Virus record (IMG/VR): IMGVR_UViG_3300032373_001143
Location: 1-35,928 of that record
Origin: a virus
Lineage: Duplodnaviria > Caudoviricetes
DNA length: 35,928 nt
Reading direction: 5' to 3' (one strand)
Shown: positions 16,635 to 24,861 of the stretch, one piece after another
How positions within the stretch are numbered: the stretch's first letter is position 1
Layout: the number at the start of each line of letters is the position of its first letter
Notes under the pieces: model-generated
Seen by the model: the letters and a program-made list of their open reading frames with translations, nothing else
The model's database searches: none
Told to the model about the DNA's origin: nothing
Made by a program: the position numbers and the translations under genes

Positions 16635-18236
16635 CTACCGACGCAGGCCGTACCACCGAGCGATGCCCATGCAGAGGTACCGGACGGCATCCGCCTCGTG
16701 GTCGTCTTTCTTCAGCGGCGTCGGTGCACGCATCTTCTCGTTCCATCGGTAGTCCTGCAGGCACTTGACGGTCTTCGGGCAGGTGCTCCAGACCTTGAAT
16801 CGGCTGCGCTCATCGGGCTGCACGCGCATGAAGTCCCGCACGCAGTCGATGCCGGGGTCTACGGAGTTGTGAGCCCTACGGACGGGGATGCCAGAGCGGG
16901 ACCACTGCCTGATGCCATCGGGCTCGCCAGGGTCGCCCCACCCAGCCTGGATCACCTCGCCGCACCACTCGGTGCCGTCCTCCTCCTTGCCACGGGTCCG
17001 CCAGACGCCCTTTTCGTCCTTGCGGTGGTCCATGAGCTCGTGGAGCTTGTCCGCATGCTGGGCCCAGGTGAGGCCGCTCTCCACCCACTCCCGGTAGATG
17101 TAGACGGTGCCGTCGTCTCCTACCGCTCCCCACACCACAGCTGTCGGGTTTTTAAGGCCGAAGTCGGCCGCGATGAACCGGGGCCAGTCGGCCGGAATGC
17201 CGTCCTCGAATGGTTCGCACACGTGGTAGCGGCCCCACCGGTCGCGGTCGCCGATGGCGAACTCGGGGTAGATGCCGCCCGCCTTGCTTGTGGCGATGCC
17301 GAAGCGGCGGGTGAGGCGCTCGTGCGGCGTCATCCGCTTCAGGTTCTTCAGCAGCCCGTCGGTGCTCTGCACCAGGTAGTTCAGCAGCGCATCGACGTTC
17401 CCCGAGAAGCATTGGTCTGGGTCTTTGGCCATCTCGACCATCCACGTCTCACCGTCCTGGGCGGTGGCGGCGATGATGACGTGGCCGCCCATCCCGGACA
17501 CCGCACGGCAGCTCTCCGTGAACTTCTTCTTCCCCTCCTCCCCCGTGGGCTCCTCGTCGATGCCGACGCCGCGCCCCTCGATCCCTCGGTACTTGTCCTC
17601 GTCCTGGTCGATGGACATGAACTCCATCCGGCCCGGCTTGTCGTAGCCGGGGCACCCCACCTCCACGAAGGCCTCGGACAGGCTGTTCTTGTGAATCCAC
17701 TTCCGCTCCGGGGGGAGCAAGCTGTCGATGGCGGGTCGGTGGTGCTTGCGGCTCTGGGCGGCAGAGCGAGCGACGAGGAAGACGTGGCCCGGGCCGAGCG
17801 GGACGAGTTCGGGGGGGATGCGGTTCAGCTCGAGGAAGCAGGCCACCATCGGATGGTCGCGGCCGAGCATCAGGCAGATGAGCACCAAGAACATGCAGAA
17901 GGTCTTCCCCCCGCGGTTCCCGCCCCCGGCGATGCTGATCATGTGCGTCAGCATGCCGATGAAGAGGTCCCGCTGACTGGGGGACGGACGGTCGGGGTCA
18001 ACCTCGTCCTGCGCCCACTCGGGAAGGCTGGCGATGTGCTCCGCGCTCCGAATCCAGAGCGGCACCACAGCCATCGGCATCGTCCTGGCCAAGGTGTCGA
18101 GCGTCTCCAGCTCGGCCATTTCGACATCGATGAGCAGCTGTTCCAGCTCGTCGACCGTCAGGCCCTCCAGCTCCTCAGGCGTGAAGGGCAGGTGCTCGAG
18201 GTCGACTCCGTCTAGGAGCTGGGCCACGACGGTCAC
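16635..18236 (-). CDS. terL: Terminase large subunit
   Basis: GTG at 18236; Walker A GGGNRGGKT, Walker B GIDEE, nuclease AADFG and DDHEADA. Confidence 0.95.
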   Translation of the reverse strand: MTVVAQLLDGVDLEHLPFTPEELEGLTVDELEQLLIDVEMAELETLDTLARTMPMAVVPLWIRSAEHIASLPEWAQDEVDPDRPSPSQRDLFIGMLTHMISIAGGGNRGGKTFCMFLVLICLMLGRDHPMVACFLELNRIPPELVPLGPGHVFLVARSAAQSRKHHRPAIDSLLPPERKWIHKNSLSEAFVEVGCPGYDKPGRMEFMSIDQDEDKYRGIEGRGVGIDEEPTGEEGKKKFTESCRAVSGMGGHVIIAATAQDGETWMVEMAKDPDQCFSGNVDALLNYLVQSTDGLLKNLKRMTPHERLTRRFGIATSKAGGIYPEFAIGDRDRWGRYHVCEPFEDGIPADWPRFIAADFGLKNPTAVVWGAVGDDGTVYIYREWVESGLTWAQHADKLHELMDHRKDEKGVWRTRGKEEDGTEWCGEVIQAGWGDPGEPDGIRQWSRSGIPVRRAHNSVDPGIDCVRDFMRVQPDERSRFKVWSTCPKTVKCLQDYRWNEKMRAPTPLKKDDHEADAVRYLCMGIARWYGLRR

Positions 18237-18763
18237 AGCTTCCGCTCCCGCTCTCTCCAGGCCGCCGCGTGCTGCAGCATCTGCTTGCGAGTGGTGCCGA
18301 GCTCGTTGAGGGCCTTCGCCAGCCCCTCCGGTGTGCGGTCCAGGGCCTTCACCTTGCTCTCCCGCTCCCGGGCCTTGTCGAGCTCCTTCCTGGCGTTGAG
18401 CATCACGTTGGCCGCGGCGGCCGCGCTCTTGGCGTCCCCGCGCTTCCTGGAGGCGTCCACGAGTCCCGCCATCTGGGCGACCACCCAGGCCATGCACTCG
18501 GCCGCATCCATGGCGGCCACATCATGGCGGACGGCTGGCTCCTGGTGAGCAACGACGGACGGCGGCGATGAGGATGGTGCCGGCGGCGCGGGCTGATGCC
18601 CTCGGAGCTTGGGGCCGTAGCGCTGAACCCACTTCCTGTACTTGTCCGCGAGCTTCTTCCGCTCGTCGGGGCCGATGCCGGGGAAGAAGTGGAGCGTCGC
18701 TTCGCTTGGGGTGCAGCCCGTGCGGAGCATGTACAGCACCACCTCCTGGGCCTCGGTGGTCAT
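18233..18763 (-). CDS. terS: Terminase small subunit
   Basis: ATG at 18763 with GGAGG; N-terminal HTH-like segment and helical oligomerisation region; coupled to terL by GTGA. Confidence 0.7.
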   Translation of the reverse strand: MTTEAQEVVLYMLRTGCTPSEATLHFFPGIGPDERKKLADKYRKWVQRYGPKLRGHQPAPPAPSSSPPSVVAHQEPAVRHDVAAMDAAECMAWVVAQMAGLVDASRKRGDAKSAAAAANVMLNARKELDKARERESKVKALDRTPEGLAKALNELGTTRKQMLQHAAAWRERERKL

Positions 18764-18788
18764 CGCTCGGCGCCTCCCTGGACACCGG

Positions 18789-18890
18789 TCGGACAGACCT
18801 TGTCCGAGTTGCGGACAGCGAGAAATCTCGACGAAAACCACCTTCGCATAAGGTAGGTGCTAACTGAAATGACATCGAGTCGCGCACTCA
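18789..18890. promoter_or_regulatory. AT-richer segment with clustered short inverted repeats upstream of terS (packaging or regulatory site candidate)
   Basis: TCGGACA-N5-TGTCCGA (18789-18807), CGAGA-AA-TCTCG (18819-18830), ACCTT-N5-AAGGT (18840-18854), GAGT-N5-ACTC (18878-18890). Confidence 0.4.
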
Positions 18891-19160
18891 TGGCCGCCCC
18901 CACAACGGCAGCACAGTGACCAGCTCCATGGACTCCCAGTCCGGCCCAGCGAACACCCACAGGAACCCGTTGTGCAGTCGGGCGGTCCGCCCCGAGCCAG
19001 CGTCCACCACCAAGTGCATCAGGGCAGCCTGATCCTCGTCAGCATCCGCGAGCGAGACCCCCTGCAGCCAGGCGCGCGCTGCTGCACGCTGGTGAGCCCG
19101 CGCCGGAAGCTTGCAGCGCTCCTTCATCCGCTTCCTGGCGTGCTTGGAGACCACCATCAC
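18888..19160 (-). CDS. Small protein with HAxxRxxER motif (RelE/DUF4258-like fold)
   Basis: VSKHARKRMKER N-terminus and LVTVL C-terminus. Confidence 0.55.
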   Translation of the reverse strand: MMVVSKHARKRMKERCKLPARAHQRAAARAWLQGVSLADADEDQAALMHLVVDAGSGRTARLHNGFLWVFAGPDWESMELVTVLPLWGRP

Positions 19161-19863
19161 CCCTCCTCGTCGACGAGGGCGTCCGCGAGCAGCTCATCGG
19201 TTCGGCGCATCAGCTCCAGGAAGGCGCTGTTGCCGCCGCCCACATGGCTGCCTGGCGGCCGTCGCGCCCCCGTCGGGGTTCGTGGTGGGCGAGGCGCAGC
19301 AGCCACAGCCCGAGCCAGGTCGTCAGGAGCCCGGCCGGAGCGACACTCGTGCGCTTCGGCGGCCTCCTTGTCGGCGCCGAGGCTCACCCACACCCGAGCC
19401 CTGGCCAGGCGAGCCGCCTCGTCGTAGCTGGACGCGTCAGGCGCCTTGGGCCAGGGGCGAGGGGCGGGAAGGCCCGGCGGCAGGGGTGGGTCCACCCGGG
19501 CCGGCACGCGATGCTGTCCGCCCGTGAGGTAAGCACCCTGGGCAACCTGCGTGTCTCCAGCGAGCATTCCCCGAAGTCCCGACATCAAGTTGAGGTAGGC
19601 GATGCTGTCGCAGCCACCCACCGTGCCAGTCCCCCAGCCGGGGCCGGCGTCGCTTGCGGGGGTCGACTCGACAGGCTGGCGAGCCTCAACCCACGCGCGA
19701 GCCCCGTCGTCATCTGTGATCTCAGCCACCTCAAGGCAGGCAGCGCGCCACCCCTCGAGGTCGTCGACCCAGACGGGAGGCGTCCACCACTGGCGCTGCT
19801 CTTCGCGCTCCTGGGCCTCGGTGCACGGCATCACCATCAGCCCTCCTCCTCAACGATGGCGTC
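19152..19863. repeat. Imperfect 32-bp direct repeats at 19152-19183 and 19832-19863
   Basis: CACCATCAcCCCTCCTCgTCgACGAgGGCGTC vs CACCATCAgCCCTCCTCcTCaACGAtGGCGTC, 28/32 identical. Confidence 0.8.
19157..19837 (-). CDS. Hypothetical protein flanked by junction direct repeats
   Basis: Coupled start/stop overlaps; SD GAGGAGG. Confidence 0.6.
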   Translation of the reverse strand: MVMPCTEAQEREEQRQWWTPPVWVDDLEGWRAACLEVAEITDDDGARAWVEARQPVESTPASDAGPGWGTGTVGGCDSIAYLNLMSGLRGMLAGDTQVAQGAYLTGGQHRVPARVDPPLPPGLPAPRPWPKAPDASSYDEAARLARARVWVSLGADKEAAEAHECRSGRAPDDLARAVAAAPRPPRTPTGARRPPGSHVGGGNSAFLELMRRTDELLADALVDEEG

Positions 19864-20370
19864 GTACGCCTCGCGGACTTGGGGGTCAGCCATCATCTCG
19901 TCCCACAGGTGAGGCGGTCGCGGGCGAATCTCCCGGCCGTAGCCACAGCGATCGGCGGTGCAGCCGTAGCGCCCGTGCTTGTGCCCACACGGCTCTCGGC
20001 CTGGGACGTGCCCGCACCTGGCGCAGGGGTTCGCGTCATCCCCGCTAGACCATGGCGCATAGCTGTGGCCGTCCCGACACGCCTCCCGCTCTCTCCTCCA
20101 CTCCGGCAGCGTCCAGCCTGCTGGGCAGGACGGACGTGGGCTCCCGGTAGGCGGAGGGAGTGGGGGCGGGGGCGCCTTCGGTCGGGGGCCGGGGGGACGG
20201 CTGGTCGAGGATGCGAAGCCGCCGTCCCGGCGGAGGACAGGTGGCGGAGGCCAAGGCCGGGGCATCGGGATGAGCCTGGCATGCAGGCCGCCGAGCACGA
20301 AGCCGGCCACGAAGCCCGTCACCAGGGCGGCGACCACAGCGACAGACATCAGCGCCAGGTTGGGGTCCAT
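19837..20370 (-). CDS. N-terminal TM, Pro-rich linker, Cys/His-rich (Zn-binding) protein
   Basis: LALMSVAVVAALVTGFVAGFVLGG; C..GH, CARC, CGH..C...C. Confidence 0.6.
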   Translation of the reverse strand: MDPNLALMSVAVVAALVTGFVAGFVLGGLHARLIPMPRPWPPPPVLRRDGGFASSTSRPPGPRPKAPPPPLPPPTGSPRPSCPAGWTLPEWRREREACRDGHSYAPWSSGDDANPCARCGHVPGREPCGHKHGRYGCTADRCGYGREIRPRPPHLWDEMMADPQVREAYDAIVEEEG

Positions 20371-21011
20371 CACGACGCCTCCATGAGCACCACGCGCCCA
20401 TCCTTCGCCGACACGGCGCGTCGCAGCTCGGGCAGGATGTAGGGAGCGGCCGAGCTCTCCACGAGCACCAGGGCGACGTCCAGCCCCCGGAAGCACATGG
20501 CGGGCTGGTTGGCAGCCATGAAGCGAACGGACCCGCGCCGGCCAAACCATGCCGCCCCGCCACGGCCGGTGAGTCCGTGCCAGTTGGCGTTCTCTGGCTC
20601 CGTCAGCAGCTCCGCCACGGCCTTCCGGTGCTCCGCCCTAGACTCGTCATGACTCGCCGCCACGATGAGCACCGGGCCGCCACCACGAGCAACCTCGACG
20701 GCCAGGGCCAGCCCCTCCGCCCTCGTCATCGTCTCCGGAGTCCGCACCGGCGGCGCAGGCGGCTCCAGCACCAGCCGGGCCGTCCAGCCGTGTTGGAGCT
20801 CGACCCTCGCGCTCTTGAGTTTGGTCTTGAGGCGCCGGAGCACATCGACCCCGTAGGAGTGGCGCTCGTCCTCCTTGTGGCGCTCGTCGGCGAGACTCTG
20901 GAGGAACTCCATCACCTTCTCGGCCTGCCCGTCGGCCCCCATCCTCGCGAAGAGGTCGGCCAGCGTCGGGGCCTCATCCGCGGCCTTCTTCATCGCGTCG
21001 TCGCCGCTCAT
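20370..21011 (-). CDS. Degenerate terminase ATPase-domain paralogue (no Walker A, Walker B altered), 213 aa
   Basis: Three ungapped blocks align by eye to this window's TerL (see findings); intact ORF with SD and coupled overlaps. Confidence 0.75.
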   Translation of the reverse strand: MSGDDAMKKAADEAPTLADLFARMGADGQAEKVMEFLQSLADERHKEDERHSYGVDVLRRLKTKLKSARVELQHGWTARLVLEPPAPPVRTPETMTRAEGLALAVEVARGGGPVLIVAASHDESRAEHRKAVAELLTEPENANWHGLTGRGGAAWFGRRGSVRFMAANQPAMCFRGLDVALVLVESSAAPYILPELRRAVSAKDGRVVLMEAS

Positions 21012-21463
21012 GTCTGGACTCCTGCCACCGCGGCCAACGCCTTGATCCGGTCCCCGGATGCATTGGGGTTGTTGATCGCCCTCAGCAGCCCCGCGAGGGC
21101 CTGGTCGCGCGCGTCCGAGACGGTAGGGTCCGAGGCCGTGGGGGCAGCAGAGGGCCGGAGCCCGCCCGCCCTCAGCTTGCCGCCGCTCACCGAGGCCACC
21201 AGGCACTTGACGCAGCCGCGGGCCACCTCCTCGACCTCAATGGTGACACGACCCACAACACCGGTGCGGAAGGCCTGCATCAACGCCATAGCAACGGCTT
21301 CCACGAGTCCGTCTGGCGTGGCCGGAGGCCAGTCCATGAAGATGTGCAGCCCAGTCGACAGGACCACCAGGTCGAGGGCTCGCACCTCATCCCGCAACGC
21401 GAACGCCTTGGCGTCCTCATCGTTCAACAGCATCACGAGTGCCTTCGTCTGTCCCTTCACCAT
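21008..21463 (-). CDS. Hypothetical protein
   Basis: SD GGAGG, coupled overlaps, globular composition. Confidence 0.65.
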   Translation of the reverse strand: MVKGQTKALVMLLNDEDAKAFALRDEVRALDLVVLSTGLHIFMDWPPATPDGLVEAVAMALMQAFRTGVVGRVTIEVEEVARGCVKCLVASVSGGKLRAGGLRPSAAPTASDPTVSDARDQALAGLLRAINNPNASGDRIKALAAVAGVQT

Positions 21464-21705
21464 CGTGCCCTCCCAGGCTCTTGTTTGTCCTCGAGCAGCG
21501 CCCGCCCCAGCTCAATGCGAAGGGCGACACACAGCTTCAGGACCACCTCTGTGCTGCGGGGGTTGCCCGCCTCGTACCGGTGGACGGTCGACACCCCGAT
21601 GCCGACCATGTCCGCCAGCTCTTGCTGACTCCACCCCTTGGCGCATCGCGCCTTCCGCAGGACGCGAGCCACGGCCTCCATCTCGAGATGGACGACCGCG
21701 CTCAC
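21457..21705 (-). CDS. XRE-family HTH regulator
   Basis: LRKAR..KGWSQQELADMVGIGVSTVHRYEAG. Confidence 0.9.
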   Translation of the reverse strand: MSAVVHLEMEAVARVLRKARCAKGWSQQELADMVGIGVSTVHRYEAGNPRSTEVVLKLCVALRIELGRALLEDKQEPGRARW

Positions 21706-21899
21706 TGGACCCACCGCGCCACATCGAGCCAGGCCACCCAGCCGCTCACGCCGGCGTTGGGGCCGCGCCACCACCACACCAGCACCTGGCGGGTCTCGGC
21801 GGGGAGGTTCTCCGCAGGGTGCCCCGTCGTGATCAGGCGACCCTCGTGGGCCGCCGCTCCATTCCGACGGGTGATGAGGATGTGGGCGCCTCGCCTCAT
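21702..21899 (-). CDS. Hypothetical protein, 65 aa
   Basis: ATGA and GTGA overlaps at both ends. Confidence 0.5.
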   Translation of the reverse strand: MRRGAHILITRRNGAAAHEGRLITTGHPAENLPAETRQVLVWWWRGPNAGVSGWVAWLDVARWVQ

Positions 21900-22687
21900 G
21901 CTGGCCCCTGGGCCAGGTGGTGGCAGGCGATGCAGACAGCCTCGCAGGCGTCCGCCACGCCCTTCAGGCGGTGATCAGGGGTTGTGGCCTGGGCCGTCTT
22001 CCGCGCCTTGGCGACGAGGGTGGCGTAGGCCTTGGGCCACCACCGGGCGACGAAGGCGCAGGACCTGGCCTTGGTGGCGTCCTTCTTCGCGTCCTTTGCG
22101 GTGGCGGGCCTGGGTGAGCACTTGTGGCACCGCGGGTGGTGCTTCACGGCCACCCTCCCCACCCGGACGGCGTGGCCGCACTTGTAGTTGATGACGATCC
22201 AGCCGGGCGCGGGGTCGTGCGACATGTGGCTCACCCCCGGGGCCCGACTGGGCCGCTTGGGCGCCGAAGCCCGGTCAAGGCTTCCCCCACCCCATCGGTC
22301 GTGGAGCTCGCGCATCGTGGCGCGCCAGTCGTTCACGGGCACCATCACAACCTGGTGGCCGACCTCGAGCGCGGCCGCGGTCGCTACGCCCTGGGCCCAG
22401 CCGACGGCCCCGCCGCTCTTGTGGGTCGCATGGTCCCCGGCGCCCATCTTGTCGGGCATCTCCTCGACAGCCCAGGTGACGTCGTCGTCGCTCCACAGGT
22501 CCGCCAGGGCCCGCGCTGCCCTGCAGGACGCGCCAGCCTTCGCCCACGGGTCCTTCGCCTTCTTGTCGACCGTGAACGGCCAGTGGCCCAGGACGTGGAC
22601 GATGGGGCGGGTGACTCCGTCGCCCTCGAGCACAGCGTGGCCGGTGGCGGTCTTCGATGGGTCGATGCCGATGACGACGCGGGTCAT
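21896..22687 (-). CDS. RuvC-like Holliday junction resolvase with Zn-ribbon insertion
   Basis: IGIDPSKTATG, WAVEE, VPVNDWR, ADACEAVCIA; inserted CGH...CHKC; directly after replication initiator. Confidence 0.8.
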   Translation of the reverse strand: MTRVVIGIDPSKTATGHAVLEGDGVTRPIVHVLGHWPFTVDKKAKDPWAKAGASCRAARALADLWSDDDVTWAVEEMPDKMGAGDHATHKSGGAVGWAQGVATAAALEVGHQVVMVPVNDWRATMRELHDRWGGGSLDRASAPKRPSRAPGVSHMSHDPAPGWIVINYKCGHAVRVGRVAVKHHPRCHKCSPRPATAKDAKKDATKARSCAFVARWWPKAYATLVAKARKTAQATTPDHRLKGVADACEAVCIACHHLAQGPA

Positions 22688-24189
22688 GCTGCCGCCTCGA
22701 CCATGGCGACCACGCCCGCCACAGCCTCACCGAGGGCCCTCTCATCGATCGGCTGGCGGCGCTCGATGGACTTCTTGGCCTGCGCAACGGTCGTCCTGAG
22801 CTTCGTCCACGGAGCCATGAACCGTCGCCGCTCCAGGAGCGCCAGCCCAGGGGGCGCCACTGGTTTCTCCATGCTGAATGCCCGGTCGACGAGGGCCTTC
22901 TGTCGGTCGAGCCGGGCGTCGGCGGCTGCCCGCTCCTCGGCGGCCTCAGCCTTCCGCCGCTCCGCGCGTTCGGCCATCTCGTGCTCCACGTCGTGCTCGA
23001 TGGCACCCAGCGCCTCTCGGTGCTCGTCCGTCCATCCGTCGGTCACGTCGTTGAGCAGGTCGTACACGCGGTTCTGCATGGGCGGAGGCAGGCGGGCGTC
23101 CTGCCGGAGACGGTGCAGCCGCTCGTAGAGGGCCCGCGACTCGTCGTCGTCCTCCTCCTCTTCCGGCTGTGGGGCCTCTGGGGGCGGGGCATCGAGCACC
23201 CGCCTCGATTCCGCCTCGGACCACTCCCGCTCCCCCCTGGCGAACGACAAGTACTCGGGGAACTTCTCGGCGCCGACCACGGTCGACAGCCCGCAGTGCT
23301 TTCGGAGGTGGTCGGCCCGCTTGTGCCTGCCGACCCAGTGCCACCGAATCGTGAGCAGCACGGCGGCGGCTCCATGCTCCCGGATGCGGGCCTTCAGCTT
23401 CTGGCCGATGCCCTTGGATGGCTTGAGGCCGGTGCTGGCGCCCCGCTTGTGCTTCTTCGCCAGGGCGTTCCACAGGTCGACAGCCTCGCGCCAGCTGGCC
23501 AGCAGGGCTGCGTTCTTCGGTTCACGCTCCGGCGCCACCGCAGGTGGTGGCGTGTCGGCGTCTGCCGACGGATCCTCTTCTCTGTCCTCTTCCTTGTCCT
23601 CTTCTTTCCCTCTTTGGGGGTCTGGGAGTCCGGGGTCCTTGGACTCACAGTCCGGGGTGGGTGGACTCACAGTCCGGGGTGCTGGACTCGCAGTCCCCCC
23701 GGACTCGGGGACCCCCTGGACTCCCTGACCGGTGTGGACTCCCTGACCGGGGTGGACTCCCAGTCCCCCCGGACTCTCCGTCCCCCTGGACTCCCTGACC
23801 GGGGTGGACCCTCCGTCCCCCTGGACTCCCTGACCGGGGTGGACTCCCTGACCGGGGTGGACTCCCTGACCGGGGTGGACCCCCAGTCCCCCCGTCTCGG
23901 CCGCGGGAGCGTGTGCCCCATCAGGGACGACGCAGGTGTACCGGGTCGCGAGGCCCGACTTCACATCCGCCAGCAGCCACCCCTCCTCGACCAGCTCTTG
24001 GATGCGCCGGCGGACCGTGCGCTCGTTGAAGCCGGTGCACCTGGCGATGGTGTCCTTCCCTGGCCAGGCCACACGGAGGGAGCCCGTGGCGCGGTCTGCC
24101 GCGCACTCGCCGATGTACTGGAGGATGGCCCGCTGGATGGGGTGCAGGTCGGAGTTGTAGATGGCCTCCCGCCACTCGGCGCGCCTCAA
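22684..24189 (-). CDS. Phage replication initiator (N-terminal wHTH, lambda O-like)
   Basis: AWPGKDTIARCTGFNERTVRRRIQELVEEGWL wHTH; internal iteron array; TTG start. Confidence 0.85.
   Translation of the reverse strand: MRRAEWREAIYNSDLHPIQRAILQYIGECAADRATGSLRVAWPGKDTIARCTGFNERTVRRRIQELVEEGWLLADVKSGLATRYTCVVPDGAHAPAAETGGLGVHPGQGVHPGQGVHPGQGVQGDGGSTPVRESRGTESPGGLGVHPGQGVHTGQGVQGVPESGGTASPAPRTVSPPTPDCESKDPGLPDPQRGKEEDKEEDREEDPSADADTPPPAVAPEREPKNAALLASWREAVDLWNALAKKHKRGASTGLKPSKGIGQKLKARIREHGAAAVLLTIRWHWVGRHKRADHLRKHCGLSTVVGAEKFPEYLSFARGEREWSEAESRRVLDAPPPEAPQPEEEEDDDESRALYERLHRLRQDARLPPPMQNRVYDLLNDVTDGWTDEHREALGAIEHDVEHEMAERAERRKAEAAEERAAADARLDRQKALVDRAFSMEKPVAPPGLALLERRRFMAPWTKLRTTVAQAKKSIERRQPIDERALGEAVAGVVAMVEAAA
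23641..23889. repeat. Iteron array / replication origin, 14 copies of GGAC-N5-G(T/A)CC
   Basis: GGAC at 23641, 23663, 23684, 23701, 23718, 23736, 23754, 23771, 23788, 23806, 23823, 23841, 23859, 23877; core 18-mer GGACTCCCTGACCGGGGT; inside initiator gene as in lambda ori. Confidence 0.85.
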
Positions 24190-24308
24190 GACTCACCGCC
24201 ATAGGCGTGCAGGAGCACGAGCAGGCCGGCGGCGGTGGCACAGCCCAGGAGGAACCAGGCCACATCTGGGGCGGCCTCGTGGACCGCGAAGGTGATGGAT
24301 GCGATCAC
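24186..24308 (-). CDS. Small single-TM protein, 40 aa
   Basis: VAWFLLGCATAAGLLVLL; coupled overlaps. Confidence 0.55.
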   Translation of the reverse strand: MIASITFAVHEAAPDVAWFLLGCATAAGLLVLLHAYGGES

Positions 24309-24634
24309 GGCGCCCCTCCGCACACGCAGCCCGCGGTGGGCGAGTAGGACTGGGTGCGCCCGGGCCCGCACACGTCAGCGCAGTCCTCGGGGTCGACGAC
24401 GGGCGCATGGGCCTCCCCAGGGAAGCGGGAGTTGGCCTCGCACTCGCAGGCTGTCGGGGACACGGCGAGGACGTGGCCGTCGCACGCCTGGATGCACTCC
24501 AGGAGCTCCATGGTCGGCACGGCGGTTGCCGTCTCTCGGCGGTGGATGGCCACCTCGAGCACCAGGCCGCCGATGACCACGACCGGGAGCAGCCACGCGG
24601 GCGCCCCGTCGATGTTGATGGCCCAGTTCTTCAA
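24305..24634 (-). CDS. Membrane-anchored protein with two Cys-rich repeats
   Basis: TM AWLLPVVVIGGLVLEVAI then CIQAC...SPTACEC and CADVC...SPTAGCVC. Confidence 0.6.
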   Translation of the reverse strand: MKNWAINIDGAPAWLLPVVVIGGLVLEVAIHRRETATAVPTMELLECIQACDGHVLAVSPTACECEANSRFPGEAHAPVVDPEDCADVCGPGRTQSYSPTAGCVCGGAP

Positions 24635-24861
24635 GGCGACACCTCCACAAGGCGGACCTGGGTGTTGGAGCGGCACCGGTAGATGTGGGCATCCCGAGAC
24701 GGGATGGGGGTCCAGTCCCCCCACACGCCCCCAACGCGTCCACGGGCCTCCCATGCGGCGTCGGGGCAGCAGCCGCGGACGTGCTGGATGGAGCTGGTGC
24801 CTGCACGGCGGACTCGGGGGGCACCGCAGTCGCGGCACTCCTCGCTGGGGTGGCTCTTCAT
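24631..24861 (-). CDS. Small Cys-containing hypothetical protein
   Basis: SD GGAG, CRDC motif, coupled overlaps. Confidence 0.5.
   Translation of the reverse strand: MKSHPSEECRDCGAPRVRRAGTSSIQHVRGCCPDAAWEARGRVGGVWGDWTPIPSRDAHIYRCRSNTQVRLVEVSP

Noticed and set aside
21896-22687. TnpB/Cas12-like RNA-guided nuclease
   Set aside because: RuvC-I is at the extreme N-terminus with no WED/REC lobe, and no non-coding space for a guide RNA
23641-23889. Repeat array as CRISPR
   Set aside because: No unique spacers, units 17-22 bp, inside a replication gene, no cas genes
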